Shown: positions 1 through 10,572 of the stretch, piece after piece
Layout of the letters: every line of letters begins with the position of its first letter
Position numbering within the stretch: the stretch's first letter is position 1
Source of the DNA: a bacterium
GTDB lineage: Bacteria > Patescibacteriota > Patescibacteriia > Buchananbacterales > GWA2-38-13
Assembly: GCA_030648715.1 (NCBI GenBank)
Contig: JAUSGZ010000017.1
Location: forward strand, 5,108-69,107
DNA length: 64,000 nucleotides
Reading direction: 5' to 3'
The notes under the pieces: model-generated
Database searches by the model: none
What the model was told of the DNA's origin: nothing
The model's input: only the letters and a program-made list of their open reading frames with translations
Position numbers and translations under genes: made by a program

Positions 1-143
1 TGGGCGGTTCGATCGGTAGATCCATCGTCCACGACGATGATCTCGTGAACGACGGCGGCGCACTTCTCCTTGATATCGGCAATAACGCGCGCGATCGCCG
101 ACTCTTCATTCAAGGCCGGAATGATGATGGTGAGTGGCGGCAT
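1..143 (-). CDS. Glycosyltransferase family 2, N-terminal part (truncated by window edge)
   Basis: Manual translation from ATG at 143: MPPLTIIIPALNEESAIARVIADIKEKCAAVVHEIIVVDDGSTDRTA, with the GT2 motifs IIIPALNE and VVDDGSTD. Confidence 0.9.
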   Translation of the reverse strand, partial: MPPLTIIIPALNEESAIARVIADIKEKCAAVVHEIIVVDDGSTDRTA

Positions 144-157
144 AATCGTCCTGCGGT

Positions 158-907
158 TTAACGCTTTTCCCACTGACAAAGAGTAAAACAAGAAAACTGT
201 TTTCCCAACAGCGGCGATAGGGTTGCTTCAATGGCGAGCAGCAACGGTGTATACCAATGTTTCAAACCAAGAGGGATGCGTAGAACCAGAGAATTCAATA
301 CGAACAGGTACGCGATACTCCCACCGTACTTTTCTTGACGAAAAAGGAAACGGTCGGAAAATAACGATTTGATCGCCTCCAAATCGATCGCCCGCTCGTT
401 GCGTTCAAAGAGCGGGTCTCGCGGGTACCACCGCCTGCGAACGCGGTCGGGGAGCGACCCTTGGTGCGGCTCGACAAAACAGAGAATACCGCCGGGCTTG
501 AGGATGCGATGAATTTCTTGAAGCGCAGCTGGTACCTCCGGATGGAGATGGTGCAGCCCCCCAATGATGGCGACGCAACCGAATGCGTTATTCGGAAACC
601 CAGAGCTCAGCACCGAGGAACGGATCGCACGGCATTGGGGCCAGCGCCGACGGTACAACTCTACCGCAGCCTCGGAAATATCCAACCCAGTTACCCGCGC
701 TCCCTGGGTCAGTAGGTATCCCGTCGCGGAACCGCCGCCGCACATCGCATCAAGCGCCTCCACGTTGCCGAGCGCGACGCCGCGAAACATGGGCTTGAAA
801 AAAAAACGCTCCCGGTATCGCTGGCTGCAGGCATCATCGTAGTGAGCCTCGTAGGCATGAAAAATCCTATTATAATGCGCCTGCTGGAGTTGTTCCTGCT
901 GATTCAT
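158..907 (-). CDS. Class I SAM-dependent methyltransferase (Methyltransf_11-like)
   Basis: LDAMCGGG, VTGLDIS, LHH and EIHRILKPGG motifs; start placed at MNQQEQ (ATG 907) to avoid overlap with the upstream gene. Confidence 0.85.
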   Translation of the reverse strand: MNQQEQLQQAHYNRIFHAYEAHYDDACSQRYRERFFFKPMFRGVALGNVEALDAMCGGGSATGYLLTQGARVTGLDISEAAVELYRRRWPQCRAIRSSVLSSGFPNNAFGCVAIIGGLHHLHPEVPAALQEIHRILKPGGILCFVEPHQGSLPDRVRRRWYPRDPLFERNERAIDLEAIKSLFSDRFLFRQEKYGGSIAYLFVLNSLVLRIPLGLKHWYTPLLLAIEATLSPLLGKQFSCFTLCQWEKR

Positions 908-986
908 ACATGCCGAGCTCACCGAACGGTAGCGTGGTACCGAGCCATTTTTTTTAACATGATACAACGACCCACCGAGAAAAAAA

Positions 987-1940
987 CTAGACGCCGTAAA
1001 ACTTCCGATACCAAGAGACGAACGCCAGAACGCCATCGCGGGCGTCGGTCCTCGGTTGCCAGTCAAGCAACCGTTGCGCCTTGGCGATATCGGCGAACGT
1101 CAGCCGCACGTCGCCTGGTTGCATTCCAGTGAGTTCGATTTTTGCCTTGATGCCGAGCGCATGCTCGAGCATTGCCACCAGGTCGGTCAATGCAACCGGC
1201 CGATTATTGCCAAGATTGATGATCTCGTAGGGGAAGGGACGGTCGATCGCTGCCACCACCCCCGCGACGATATCATCAATATACGTAAAATCGCGGGCCA
1301 TCCGACCGTGATTGAACAGCGTAAGAGGCCGAGACGCAAGCATTTTTTGTATGAAGATAAACATCGCCATATCCGGCCGACCCCAAGGCCCATAGACCGT
1401 GAAAAACCGCAGACCGGTGCTTGGAAGCCCGTAGATACTATGGTAAGCATGCGCCAAGAGCTCAGTAGAACGCTTGGTCGCCGCATAGAGCGACAACGGC
1501 TGATCGACGCGGTCATCCTCCGAAAACGGCAACTTATCGTTCGCACCGTACACGGATGAAGAGGACGCGTAGATAAACGGGACGTTTCCGTTCAGGCGCG
1601 CCAACTCCAGCAGCGTCAGCGTACCAACAACATTCGATTGCGCGTAGACGAAAGGATTCTCCAATGAATACCGCACGCCGGCCTGAGCGGCTAAGTGACA
1701 GACACGATCGAAGCGATATTCGCTGAATATCCTTCCCATAACATCACGATCAGCAATATCGGCGCGCACAATGACTGGCTTGAATTCGGACAAAAAGTGC
1801 CGGACCCGCGCTTCCTTGAGCGTTGGATCGTAGTAATTATTGAAATTATCGACGATGACGATCTGGTCGCCACGGATAAGCAACGTCCGCCCGACTGCAG
1901 AACCAATGAACCCCGCCCCACCAGTAAGAAGGATTTTCAT
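987..1940 (-). CDS. NAD-dependent UDP-glucuronate 4-epimerase-like SDR
   Basis: MKILLTGGAGFIGS, HLAAQAGVRYS, ASSSSVYG, YAATK, LRFFTVYGPWGRPDMA, RDFTYIDD, MQPGDV. Confidence 0.93.
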   Translation of the reverse strand: MKILLTGGAGFIGSAVGRTLLIRGDQIVIVDNFNNYYDPTLKEARVRHFLSEFKPVIVRADIADRDVMGRIFSEYRFDRVCHLAAQAGVRYSLENPFVYAQSNVVGTLTLLELARLNGNVPFIYASSSSVYGANDKLPFSEDDRVDQPLSLYAATKRSTELLAHAYHSIYGLPSTGLRFFTVYGPWGRPDMAMFIFIQKMLASRPLTLFNHGRMARDFTYIDDIVAGVVAAIDRPFPYEIINLGNNRPVALTDLVAMLEHALGIKAKIELTGMQPGDVRLTFADIAKAQRLLDWQPRTDARDGVLAFVSWYRKFYGV

Positions 1941-2077
1941 ACAAATAGTTACTCTTTTATACCACTTTAAACCACACAGTGCCAACAATGTTGTAGCAGT
2001 ATAGGCCCCACGAACAAACGGTAAAATATGGCCTAAACCAAAAAGAAAACTGGGCGGAGCGAAGGAGATAAATTCCA

Positions 2078-2105
2078 TTGACTTTGGATGAAAAAACGCT
2101 ATACT
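2078..2105 (+). promoter_or_regulatory. Putative sigma70 promoter of the glycosylation operon
   Basis: TTGACT (2078-2083), 16-nt spacer, TATACT (2100-2105), in the AT-rich divergent intergenic region. Confidence 0.55.
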
Positions 2106-2135
2106 ATCAACAGTTTTCACCTTTCCCATCCCCCG

Positions 2136-3515
2136 ATGTCGGAGGAAATTGGCATCGCAGCCACCCCGCCCCAAGGGCGCGCGCACCCTCATCAAGCCGG
2201 GCGGAGATCGTCACCGGTTTTTTTTCTGACCGCCGCGAACGTGCTTTCCGCCGTCATTGGGCTCGTCGCCAGCGTCATGACCGCCCGCTGGCTGGGCGAA
2301 GCATCGTACGGGGTCATGGGCGTCATCTGGGGGGTGAACGCCACCGTCCTCTCGTTCGTGGATCCGCGGCTGACCGACCTGATGGTCAAGCGCTACTACC
2401 AACCCCCTCCGCCGGGCGTCGAACTTCTGCGGCATCGGGCAAATGTCCTGCAGGTTACCTTCATCTCCTATTTCGGCCTGGCCGTTTGCGCGTTCCTGCT
2501 GGGGGCGATCGCCAACCTGGGGCTTATTGGCTTGTTCACGGCACAGCCGGTCAAGCTGAGCTGGATCGCGGCGGGCGCCTTCACCCTGTCCTCCAGCTAC
2601 CTACTCAACCCACTCACCCAGATGCACCGCCTGCAAGGCCGCTTCTATTTCCTCGGCCTGACGAATCTTGCGACCACGCTCGTGCTCTCGGGCACCGTGC
2701 TCGGGTGGTTGTATTTCAATCGCAGCCTCGATGGTTTCTACACCGGGTCGGCAGTCGGGGCTTTTACTACCACGGCGCTGTTCCTAACGGTGTCGGCCTA
2801 CCTTTGGACCGCCCGCGATCGCCTGCCGTTGTTCCAGAGATTGCACGGACCAACGCTCACCCAGTTCAAAAGGAATTATAAATTTTTATTCTGGAGCAAT
2901 ACGCTCGGCTACGTCAAAATGGGCCATCGCGCCGCCGATATTCTTTTCGTCGGTCTGCTGACCAACGACCAACTCACCGGCGTGTACAAGCTCGCGCGCT
3001 CGCTGACCGACAAGCTGTACTATCTGTTCGACGCCACCAACCAGGTCTACCAGCCGGACTTCATGCAATATCTCGCCGCCGGGCAACCGACAGAATACCG
3101 CCGCCTGGCTCGGCGGCTGCTCTCTTGGGCAGGGCTGGCGACGGGAGCGATCGTCGCCGTCGAACTCGCGGGCTACCCGCTATTCCAGCACTGGCTACTG
3201 GCGGGAAAATTCGCCGGTTCGCAAGCGGCCGTGGTCATCCTCACGCTGCCGCTGTTCCTGGTCCTGGGTGGGTATCTCTGGATTTGGCCCATCATTCTCC
3301 ACCACAACCTGCTCCGCTCCTTTACGGTGCTCGGATTGAGCGGTGTGGTGGCGCAGTACGCCGTGGGTTGGTTCCTGTTCACCGCCACCGGTCTGCCGGC
3401 CGCGTTCCCCATAGGCTACCTTACCTACTATCTGGTCCTCATCGGCGGAGCATTGCTTCAGATAAAAAAACTGCACCCGCGCTGGCTTCCCGGCACGTTC
3501 TATGCGCACCCCTAG
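2136..3515 (+). CDS. wzx: Oligosaccharide flippase (Wzx/MOP family)
   Basis: Many hydrophobic segments; ARWLGEASYG near the N-terminus and DILFVGLL...GVYKLA motif; first gene of the GT operon. Confidence 0.8.
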   Translation: MSEEIGIAATPPQGRAHPHQAGRRSSPVFFLTAANVLSAVIGLVASVMTARWLGEASYGVMGVIWGVNATVLSFVDPRLTDLMVKRYYQPPPPGVELLRHRANVLQVTFISYFGLAVCAFLLGAIANLGLIGLFTAQPVKLSWIAAGAFTLSSSYLLNPLTQMHRLQGRFYFLGLTNLATTLVLSGTVLGWLYFNRSLDGFYTGSAVGAFTTTALFLTVSAYLWTARDRLPLFQRLHGPTLTQFKRNYKFLFWSNTLGYVKMGHRAADILFVGLLTNDQLTGVYKLARSLTDKLYYLFDATNQVYQPDFMQYLAAGQPTEYRRLARRLLSWAGLATGAIVAVELAGYPLFQHWLLAGKFAGSQAAVVILTLPLFLVLGGYLWIWPIILHHNLLRSFTVLGLSGVVAQYAVGWFLFTATGLPAAFPIGYLTYYLVLIGGALLQIKKLHPRWLPGTFYAHP

Positions 3516-5382
3516 CACACGAACACCTCCCCGCGAACCGCCTGGCATCCACGTCGTACAAATCAGCTACGACGAAACCCTGGCGGCGGGCACGGCGGTC
3601 TCGGAGGCGATGGAACGGCAGACAACCTACGCACGGCAGCTGGCCAAGTTGCTGCCGGGGAGCCAGGTCACCATCCTGCTCCTGACCCGCGATCAAAACG
3701 TCGGTGGGCAGGCCGCGGACAACCTCGCCATCCGTCCAATCCTCTACCACTCCTGGTTGACCATCCCCTTCGTGGTCCGGCGTGCACTTCGGTCGCTCCA
3801 CGCGAATGATCCGATCGCCGTGGTCACCACGCAGACCACCCATGAAGACGGCATCGGCGCACTCCTCTTCCGCCGACAAACTCGCGTCCCCGTCATCGCG
3901 CAGGTCCACTACGATTGCTTCGACCGTTCGGCAAGAGCGCACGTGCTCGGCGGCGGCCTTTCTGGCGCGTTGCGGTGGCAACTATCGCGCTCCTGCTACC
4001 AACGGTACGATGCCATCCGGGTCGTCGCCCGGCTCACTGCCGCCCAGCTGGCAGAGCGTGGGTGGCACACGAATATCCATGTTATTCCCGTACCGGTTGC
4101 GTTGATCGCCGAAGCTCCAATACCGAGGTTCGCACCAACGAAAGCGCCGCAGGTCCTGTACGTCGGCCGGCTCGCGCCGGAAAAACGCCTTGACCGCTGG
4201 CTGCGCGTTGCCCGCCGGATCGCCGACCGCATTCCCACCGCGAGGTTTGACCTTGTGGGGGACGGGCCCGAACGACCCGCGTTGGAACAATTGACGCACG
4301 ACCTTGGCCTAGACGAACGCGTGCATTTCCACGGATTCGTTCCTCATGACCGCCTCGGACCACAGTACCAGAATGCCACGGTATTTCTGTTCACCTCCGA
4401 GGCGGAAGGTTTTGGACGCGTGCTGGCGGAGGCAAGCGCCCACGGCCTGCCGATCGTGAGCAGCCGCGTCGCAGGGAGCCGGGACATTATCGAAGACGGC
4501 GTAAGCGGCTACCTGTTGGCGGGTGATGATACTGAGGGCATGGCGAACCGCGTGATCGAGCTCGCGCACGATGACGAGCGCCGCCGAATGTTCGGCGCCG
4601 CGGGCCATGCCCGCGTGCTCCGCGACTTTTCGCCGGACGCGCTGGTTCGTCAATGGGTAGATCTCTGGCGAACCGTGGCCAAACCGGACACGCGCCTCCC
4701 GCGATCACTGCTCGCGCCGAAACGCCCAACCTGGAAACGATGGCGCCGCATCGCCTGGTCGCCCCACTCGCTGCTGCGGTCACTGGAGTATGAAGTGCTC
4801 CGTGGGCTGCCATTGACCGGGCGCACCCTGGACATCGGCGGCGGGGTACGAAATAGCTACATCGCGCTCTTCCGAACCTCGGGGACGATCGATTCAGTGA
4901 ACATTGACCCCGCGATGCAGCCCACCTACCTGGCCGACCTCAATCAACCGCTCGCTATCCCCGATGGAACCTACGATAACGTCATCAGCTTCAATACGTT
5001 CGAGCATATCGCTGACGATGGCACGGCGATCCGTGAGGCACTGCGCGTCCTGAAGCCGGGCGGCCGATGCTATTTCCTTGTGCCATTCCTCTACAAGGTG
5101 CATGGCTCGCCAAACGATTATCATCGCCACACCGCGTGGTGGTGGCACGACACACTGACGGCGCTCGGCATTTCGGAACCCACGCTGTCCATCGACCCGC
5201 TGGTCTGGGACCCATCCTCGTCAGGCGGAGCATTGCGGAACTTCAGTGATCGGCGGTGGCAAAAAGCGCTGGCGCTGTGCCGAGGTCCGCTCCGCCACGG
5301 CTGGAACGCCAGTGAACGGCTGCCCAGTTACGACTGCAGCGACTACGCGCTGGGGTATTACCTGACTGGAACCAAACAGTAG
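3502..5382 (+). CDS. GT4 glycosyltransferase fused to a C-terminal class I SAM methyltransferase
   Basis: LYVGRLAPEKR and EGFGRVLAEA (GT4), then LDIGGG, FNTFEHI, RVLKPGG and VPFLYKVHGSPNDYHR (MTase). Confidence 0.88.
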   Translation: MRTPSTRTPPREPPGIHVVQISYDETLAAGTAVSEAMERQTTYARQLAKLLPGSQVTILLLTRDQNVGGQAADNLAIRPILYHSWLTIPFVVRRALRSLHANDPIAVVTTQTTHEDGIGALLFRRQTRVPVIAQVHYDCFDRSARAHVLGGGLSGALRWQLSRSCYQRYDAIRVVARLTAAQLAERGWHTNIHVIPVPVALIAEAPIPRFAPTKAPQVLYVGRLAPEKRLDRWLRVARRIADRIPTARFDLVGDGPERPALEQLTHDLGLDERVHFHGFVPHDRLGPQYQNATVFLFTSEAEGFGRVLAEASAHGLPIVSSRVAGSRDIIEDGVSGYLLAGDDTEGMANRVIELAHDDERRRMFGAAGHARVLRDFSPDALVRQWVDLWRTVAKPDTRLPRSLLAPKRPTWKRWRRIAWSPHSLLRSLEYEVLRGLPLTGRTLDIGGGVRNSYIALFRTSGTIDSVNIDPAMQPTYLADLNQPLAIPDGTYDNVISFNTFEHIADDGTAIREALRVLKPGGRCYFLVPFLYKVHGSPNDYHRHTAWWWHDTLTALGISEPTLSIDPLVWDPSSSGGALRNFSDRRWQKALALCRGPLRHGWNASERLPSYDCSDYALGYYLTGTKQ

Positions 5383-5395
5383 CGCACCATACTTT

Positions 5396-6211
5396 ATGTT
5401 CGGACTATCGCATCTCCGACAAACCTGGTACCTGACCCGCCGGTACGGAGCGCTCACCTCGCACCCATGGAAAGCACTCTCTTTTTTCCTCTTGGGCAGT
5501 CGTCGACCTGATCGCACCCTTGATTTTTCGTGGGACGGCCAGCCGCTGGTATTCCGCTGGCGCGACTGGGGATGCGTCGAAGAGATCGTCGGCAGCGACG
5601 AATATGGATTCACCCGCGAGTTGCTGACGGGTACAGCTTCGCCGCTGGTGGTCGACCTCGGGGCGAACATCGGTTTGTTCTCGCTGCACATTTTCCGCCA
5701 TGCTCCGCAGGCGGAGGTGCATGCGGCCGAAGCCAGCGCGGAAACCTTCCGCGTCCTGGAGCGCAATCGCGCCCTGCAGCCGCAACGTCGCTGGCGCACC
5801 TACCACGTCGCCGTATGGAAAGAGGACGGCACGGTGCCCTTCCTTGACCTGCCGGCCAGCACCTCGAGCCGTATCAGTTTCACCCCAGCCGCAGCCACAA
5901 CGGTCCCCGCACAGTCATTGCCGTCCCTGCTCGAAAGAATGGTGGGGCCGCGTACGGTGGACCTCCTGAAAATGGACATCGAAGGCGCTGAACTGGCGGT
6001 ACTGCCGACCAGCGCGTCCTCGCTGACCCGCGTTCGCCATCTGCTGGTCGAGCTCCACACGAATATCGGACCGATCCACGACGCCGTTACCGCGCTCCGC
6101 CAGGCGTTCCCCCACCTCTATCGCATCCCGGGCCGACGATCGCAAAAACCGCTGGTCTTGGCAACCCGCGACCCGCAAGCACTGCCGACTTTTTCCACGG
6201 ACGACGCATGA
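5396..6211 (+). CDS. FkbM-family methyltransferase
   Basis: VVDLGANIGLFS and VDLLKMDIEGAE motifs. Confidence 0.9.
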   Translation: MFGLSHLRQTWYLTRRYGALTSHPWKALSFFLLGSRRPDRTLDFSWDGQPLVFRWRDWGCVEEIVGSDEYGFTRELLTGTASPLVVDLGANIGLFSLHIFRHAPQAEVHAAEASAETFRVLERNRALQPQRRWRTYHVAVWKEDGTVPFLDLPASTSSRISFTPAAATTVPAQSLPSLLERMVGPRTVDLLKMDIEGAELAVLPTSASSLTRVRHLLVELHTNIGPIHDAVTALRQAFPHLYRIPGRRSQKPLVLATRDPQALPTFSTDDA

Positions 6212-7308
6212 ACGAGCCGCACGCATTTCCGGACGCTGCGACATCCTCCTCGCTTCGGCTGCTGGTGGTCAACTTTGAAATGGACGAATGCTCGCCGGTG
6301 CTCGCCTGGCAGGCCGGGGTCGTAAACGCGCTGGCGCAACGCTGCGCACAGGTACTCGTCCTGACCGAACGGATCGGCGAATACCGCGCCCCCGCCAATG
6401 TCAGCGTGCAGCGCCTCAATGTTCGGCCAGCCGGCATTCCCTACCGCGTCGGCGGATGCCTCATCGTACTGTGGCAATGTTTCTCTCTCATGCGCGCCCA
6501 CCGCGTGAATGCCTGTTTCATCCACATGAATCATCCGTGGGCCTACCGGCTGTACCCCGCGTTCCGCCGGCTCCGCGTGCCGGTGCTGCTGTGGTACGCG
6601 CACGGCACCGTTACGCCATCGCTGCGGCTGGCTCTCAAGTGCGTATCCAGGGTTATCACTTCGACACCGGAAGGGTTCCGCATCGCTTCCCCGAAAGTCC
6701 GCATTATCGGCCAGGGCATTGATACGGAACGATTCCGCCTTCCCGCCGGCACTCAAGTGCGACAAGGCCTGATCACGGTCGGCCGCCTATCGCGCCGCAA
6801 ACGTCTTGACCTGCTGCTCGAAGCGATGGCGCAGCTGAAGGCACTGCTTCCCAGCCACAGGGTGCACCTGCGCATCATCGGTGCCCCGCTGACGGCGGAC
6901 GATAACGAATACGTCCACGAACTGCACGCCAAAAAAATATCGCTCGGGCTCCAGAACCTCGTCGAATTCGTCGGCGCAGTCCCCCAGACGGAACTGCCAA
7001 ACATCTACGGGAGCGCACAACTGATGCTCAATGTCAGCGAAACCGGCAGCCTCGATAAGGTCATCCTGGAGGCCTTGGCCTGCGGCTGCCCCATACTTAC
7101 CAGCAATCCGGCCGCGCGCGAAACGCTGGCCGCATATCCTGAATTCTTCACCGCAACGGACGACCCGAAGGCGTTGGCGCACAGCTTAGCAACGCTGCTC
7201 CAGCGGGCATCCGCATACCAACCCGCCGCGCTGCGGGCGCTGGTTTCCGGCCGCCACGACCTCAATACGTACGCCCAACAAATATTCCATCATCTTGAGG
7301 AGATCTGA
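6208..7308 (+). CDS. GT4 glycosyltransferase
   Basis: GQGIDTERF, TVGRLSRRK, TGSLDKVILEALACGCP. Confidence 0.88.
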   Translation: MNEPHAFPDAATSSSLRLLVVNFEMDECSPVLAWQAGVVNALAQRCAQVLVLTERIGEYRAPANVSVQRLNVRPAGIPYRVGGCLIVLWQCFSLMRAHRVNACFIHMNHPWAYRLYPAFRRLRVPVLLWYAHGTVTPSLRLALKCVSRVITSTPEGFRIASPKVRIIGQGIDTERFRLPAGTQVRQGLITVGRLSRRKRLDLLLEAMAQLKALLPSHRVHLRIIGAPLTADDNEYVHELHAKKISLGLQNLVEFVGAVPQTELPNIYGSAQLMLNVSETGSLDKVILEALACGCPILTSNPAARETLAAYPEFFTATDDPKALAHSLATLLQRASAYQPAALRALVSGRHDLNTYAQQIFHHLEEI

Positions 7309-8432
7309 TGAAATCCCTGCTGCTCATCACCGATATTTTTCCACCGGAGATCGGCGGACCGGCAAGCTTTATGGTGCGGCTGGCCGCTACGCTGGCTGCC
7401 CGTGGTAGCAAAGTCACGGTGGTGTGTGCGACGCCTGCCGAGGGTCACGACGACCGGCAATTCCCGTTCAGAGTGTATCGCCACTCACGCCGACAGTTTG
7501 GTTTCCGCACCCGCACCGCTCTGCGAATCGCACGGGAGCTGCTCGCCCACGATGCATGCCTGGTGAACGGCCTGGAATACCTGACCGCCATTGCCGCGCG
7601 GATAGTTCGCCGCCCCTACACCATCAAGATCGTCGGTGATATCGTCTGGGAGATGGCGCGGCATTACGCTCTCACGGCGTCCGATATCGATGCCTTCCAA
7701 TCCCTGCTGCCTCCCTCGGAGAAATTGCGAACGCTGGCACGACGCCGGCGGTGGTACCTGAACGGTGCCGCAACCGTCATCGTCCCCAGCAACTACCTGC
7801 GCGGCCTGGTGCGCGGCTGGGGTATTCCCGCTGAGAAGATCCGAGTCATCCAAAACGGCATCCCCACCGAGGACTACCGTCAATGGCAGCCCCAACGAAG
7901 AGGGGCGTCCACACCGCTGCGCGTCGCATTCTGCGGACGCCTGACCAACTGGAAAGGGGTGGACACGCTCTTGGAAGCCGCCGCGGCGATAAAAAATATT
8001 AACATCGATATTATCGGCGACGGCCCCGAACGCGCAGCCCTGGAAAAAATCGTGACCGCGCGGGGGGTCAACGAACGGGTGACCTTTACCGGACGCCTTG
8101 ACGAAAAAGCCGCCAGGGACCGGCTCGCAAAATCCCACGTGCTGGTTCTTGACTCCGCCTACGAAGGGCACTCGCACGTACTGCTGGAAGCGGGAGCATT
8201 GGGCCTGGCGCCGATCGCCAGCCGCTGCGGCGGGAACCCCGAGATCGTCCGCGATGGCGAAAACGGCATCCTGGTCGCGCCCCATGACGTGCCCGCCTTG
8301 CGCGATGCGTTAGAACGACTGGAGGAAGATGAACCGCTCCGATTCCGACTCGCCTCGGCGGCAAAAAACGGAAGCCAGCGCTACTCGTTCAGCAACACTA
8401 TGACCGCCATTCTCGACCTGATCTCCGGCTGA
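7308..8432 (+). CDS. GT4 glycosyltransferase
   Basis: IFPPEIGGPA, GRLTNWKG, YEGHSHVLLEA. Confidence 0.9.
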   Translation: MKSLLLITDIFPPEIGGPASFMVRLAATLAARGSKVTVVCATPAEGHDDRQFPFRVYRHSRRQFGFRTRTALRIARELLAHDACLVNGLEYLTAIAARIVRRPYTIKIVGDIVWEMARHYALTASDIDAFQSLLPPSEKLRTLARRRRWYLNGAATVIVPSNYLRGLVRGWGIPAEKIRVIQNGIPTEDYRQWQPQRRGASTPLRVAFCGRLTNWKGVDTLLEAAAAIKNINIDIIGDGPERAALEKIVTARGVNERVTFTGRLDEKAARDRLAKSHVLVLDSAYEGHSHVLLEAGALGLAPIASRCGGNPEIVRDGENGILVAPHDVPALRDALERLEEDEPLRFRLASAAKNGSQRYSFSNTMTAILDLISG

Positions 8433-8501
8433 ACCCATGGTTGCCAAGCCAAGCGCATTACGCCTACAATGACTACCACAACGTGACCGCTGACCACGCC
8501 T

Positions 8502-9395
8502 ATGACCTACCAAATTCTCCTCAACAAAACCATGGACCGCGCCGACCTTCAAGGTCAGGAGGCGCAAACCGTGCTCCATGAGCTCAACGAGCTCATCCGA
8601 AAACTCCGCAAAAAAAATCTCAACATCAGTTCCTGGTACGGCTATTTCTCGCTGCCGCCGGTATGGCAGCACTATGAAACGGCCAACCGCGGATTCAACT
8701 ACCAGGCGTTGCCCGAAGCCATCGACGACCGCCATTTTCCCTGGTTTCTGTATTGGGAGATCGCCTGGGTGGTCATCAACAACCACTGGCAGCCGGGTAT
8801 GCGGGTGTTGGACCTGGGCGGAAGCTCGTCACTGTTCTCCTATTACCTTGCGTCCAAGGGACTCGAGGTGACCACGGTGGATCTCCAACCGGAGCTGGTC
8901 GACAACGCCAATCGCGTGGCCGCAGCCATGGGATGGCGCCTGAACAACCTGGTGATGGACATGCGCCACCTCACCGTGCCCGGGCCATTCGACCATATCA
9001 CGTCGATCTGCGTCTACGAGCATCTCCCCTGGCACGATCGGGTCGCGGTCAACCAAGAGGTGCGGCGGTTGTTGATGCCCAGGGGTAATTTCAGCATTAC
9101 CTTCGACTACCGCAACCCTTCGCAGCAGGCCCGCATTAGTTCGCCCGATGACGTCGCCGCGCAGTTCATCGCCCCCTCTGGCCTGGTGCCGCGCGGGAAC
9201 CTTCGGTTCCATGATTCCGGCTCCAGTCACCTCCTACACCCCTTCTTTTCCCCCAACGCAGACTGGCGGTGGAAGCTACAGTCCATCCGGCGCCGGGAAT
9301 TCCGCCTCACCGACTGGCCGAAAAAGAAGTTTGCTAATGACTATACGTTCGGAGCGCTGTTCTTGACGCAGCCGACTGCACCGCCGACGGCGTAA
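8502..9395 (+). CDS. Class I SAM-dependent methyltransferase
   Basis: RVLDLGG, VTTVDL, FDHITSICVYEHL, RLLMPRG. Confidence 0.8.
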   Translation: MTYQILLNKTMDRADLQGQEAQTVLHELNELIRKLRKKNLNISSWYGYFSLPPVWQHYETANRGFNYQALPEAIDDRHFPWFLYWEIAWVVINNHWQPGMRVLDLGGSSSLFSYYLASKGLEVTTVDLQPELVDNANRVAAAMGWRLNNLVMDMRHLTVPGPFDHITSICVYEHLPWHDRVAVNQEVRRLLMPRGNFSITFDYRNPSQQARISSPDDVAAQFIAPSGLVPRGNLRFHDSGSSHLLHPFFSPNADWRWKLQSIRRREFRLTDWPKKKFANDYTFGALFLTQPTAPPTA

Positions 9396-9425
9396 CAACG
9401 CCACCGCCAGGCTGCTGCTTCCTGC

Positions 9426-10571
9426 ATGCGGGTTACTCACGTCATCAACGTTGCTGAAATCCCTGGTCGCCCCCTGTTCTCCGGATCGGAACAGCACGTC
9501 TTCGTATTGATGGCCGAGCAGCAGTCGCGCGGCCTGCAGGTTGAATTTGCTCCCCAGGTTTTCCGTGACGGCCCCAACTTGCAAAAAAAATTCTCGGAAC
9601 TGCAGGCGGCGGGGATAACGGTGGCCCCGACGCTCGTCAATGGCCCGTACCACTGGCAGACGAATCTGCGACTGCTGCCGCGACTCCTACCTTTCTTTCG
9701 CACGCGCCGCCAACGATTGATCCACACCCACCTTGACGGCGTGGACTACGCCGCGCGTTTTGCCGCTGGGCTTGCCGGATGCCGCCGGGTGATCAGCACG
9801 GTGCATAATAATGAACCCCACTACGCCCGGCGGCGGGAGCGGCTGCAGCTGCAATTCCTGGACCGCTGGAATGCGCGGTACATCGCCATTTCAGAATGTG
9901 TGCACCGCTACCTGGTCGACCGACTCGGACTCCCCCCAAAAAAAATCGTAACCATTTACTACGGATTACCGGCGCCTGCCGCCATCCTCACGCGAACAGA
10001 GGCGCGTCGCCGCCTCGGACTGGACCCGGATGACCCGCGATTCACCGTGGGTTTTATCGGACGCTTTGAACCGCAAAAAGATCCACACAGCCTACTGCGC
10101 GCCGCCGCGGAAATTCCCGAACTTCAACTGGTCATGGTCGGCGCCGGCAGTCTCGCCGTCGACCTTCTCCGCGACGCGCAAAGACTCCCCGACGGTCAGG
10201 TGCATTTCATCCCGTACCGGCCGGATGCTGCCGACTTGATACCGGCATTCGACCTACTCTGTCTTCCCTCGCGCTGGGAAGGTTTTGGCCTGGTGCTGCT
10301 GGAGGCCATGGTACGCAATGTACCGATTGCCGGCAGCACCGCAGGCGCGATCCCGGAGATCCTTGACCACGGTCGGTGCGGTCTCCTATTCGACCCATCC
10401 CAACCTTCAGCGCTGACCACGTGCCTTCGGTACGCCATGGCGCAACGCCAAGAATTGTCGCTCCTCGCGCAGCGGGCTGCGGCATGGGCCGAATCGCGCT
10501 TCACCACTGCCGCGATGGTGGAGCAGACTCTTACCGTTTATCGTGAAGTATCGGGGAAACAAAAATCGTAG
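9426..10571 (+). CDS. GT4 glycosyltransferase
   Basis: IHTH, FIGRFEPQKD, PSRWEGFGLVLLEAM. Confidence 0.9.
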   Translation: MRVTHVINVAEIPGRPLFSGSEQHVFVLMAEQQSRGLQVEFAPQVFRDGPNLQKKFSELQAAGITVAPTLVNGPYHWQTNLRLLPRLLPFFRTRRQRLIHTHLDGVDYAARFAAGLAGCRRVISTVHNNEPHYARRRERLQLQFLDRWNARYIAISECVHRYLVDRLGLPPKKIVTIYYGLPAPAAILTRTEARRRLGLDPDDPRFTVGFIGRFEPQKDPHSLLRAAAEIPELQLVMVGAGSLAVDLLRDAQRLPDGQVHFIPYRPDAADLIPAFDLLCLPSRWEGFGLVLLEAMVRNVPIAGSTAGAIPEILDHGRCGLLFDPSQPSALTTCLRYAMAQRQELSLLAQRAAAWAESRFTTAAMVEQTLTVYREVSGKQKS

Positions 10572-10572
10572 T

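Noticed and set aside
8433-8501. Weak TGACCRC-like repeats in the intergenic gap
   Set aside because: Only two or three degenerate units with no inverted partner
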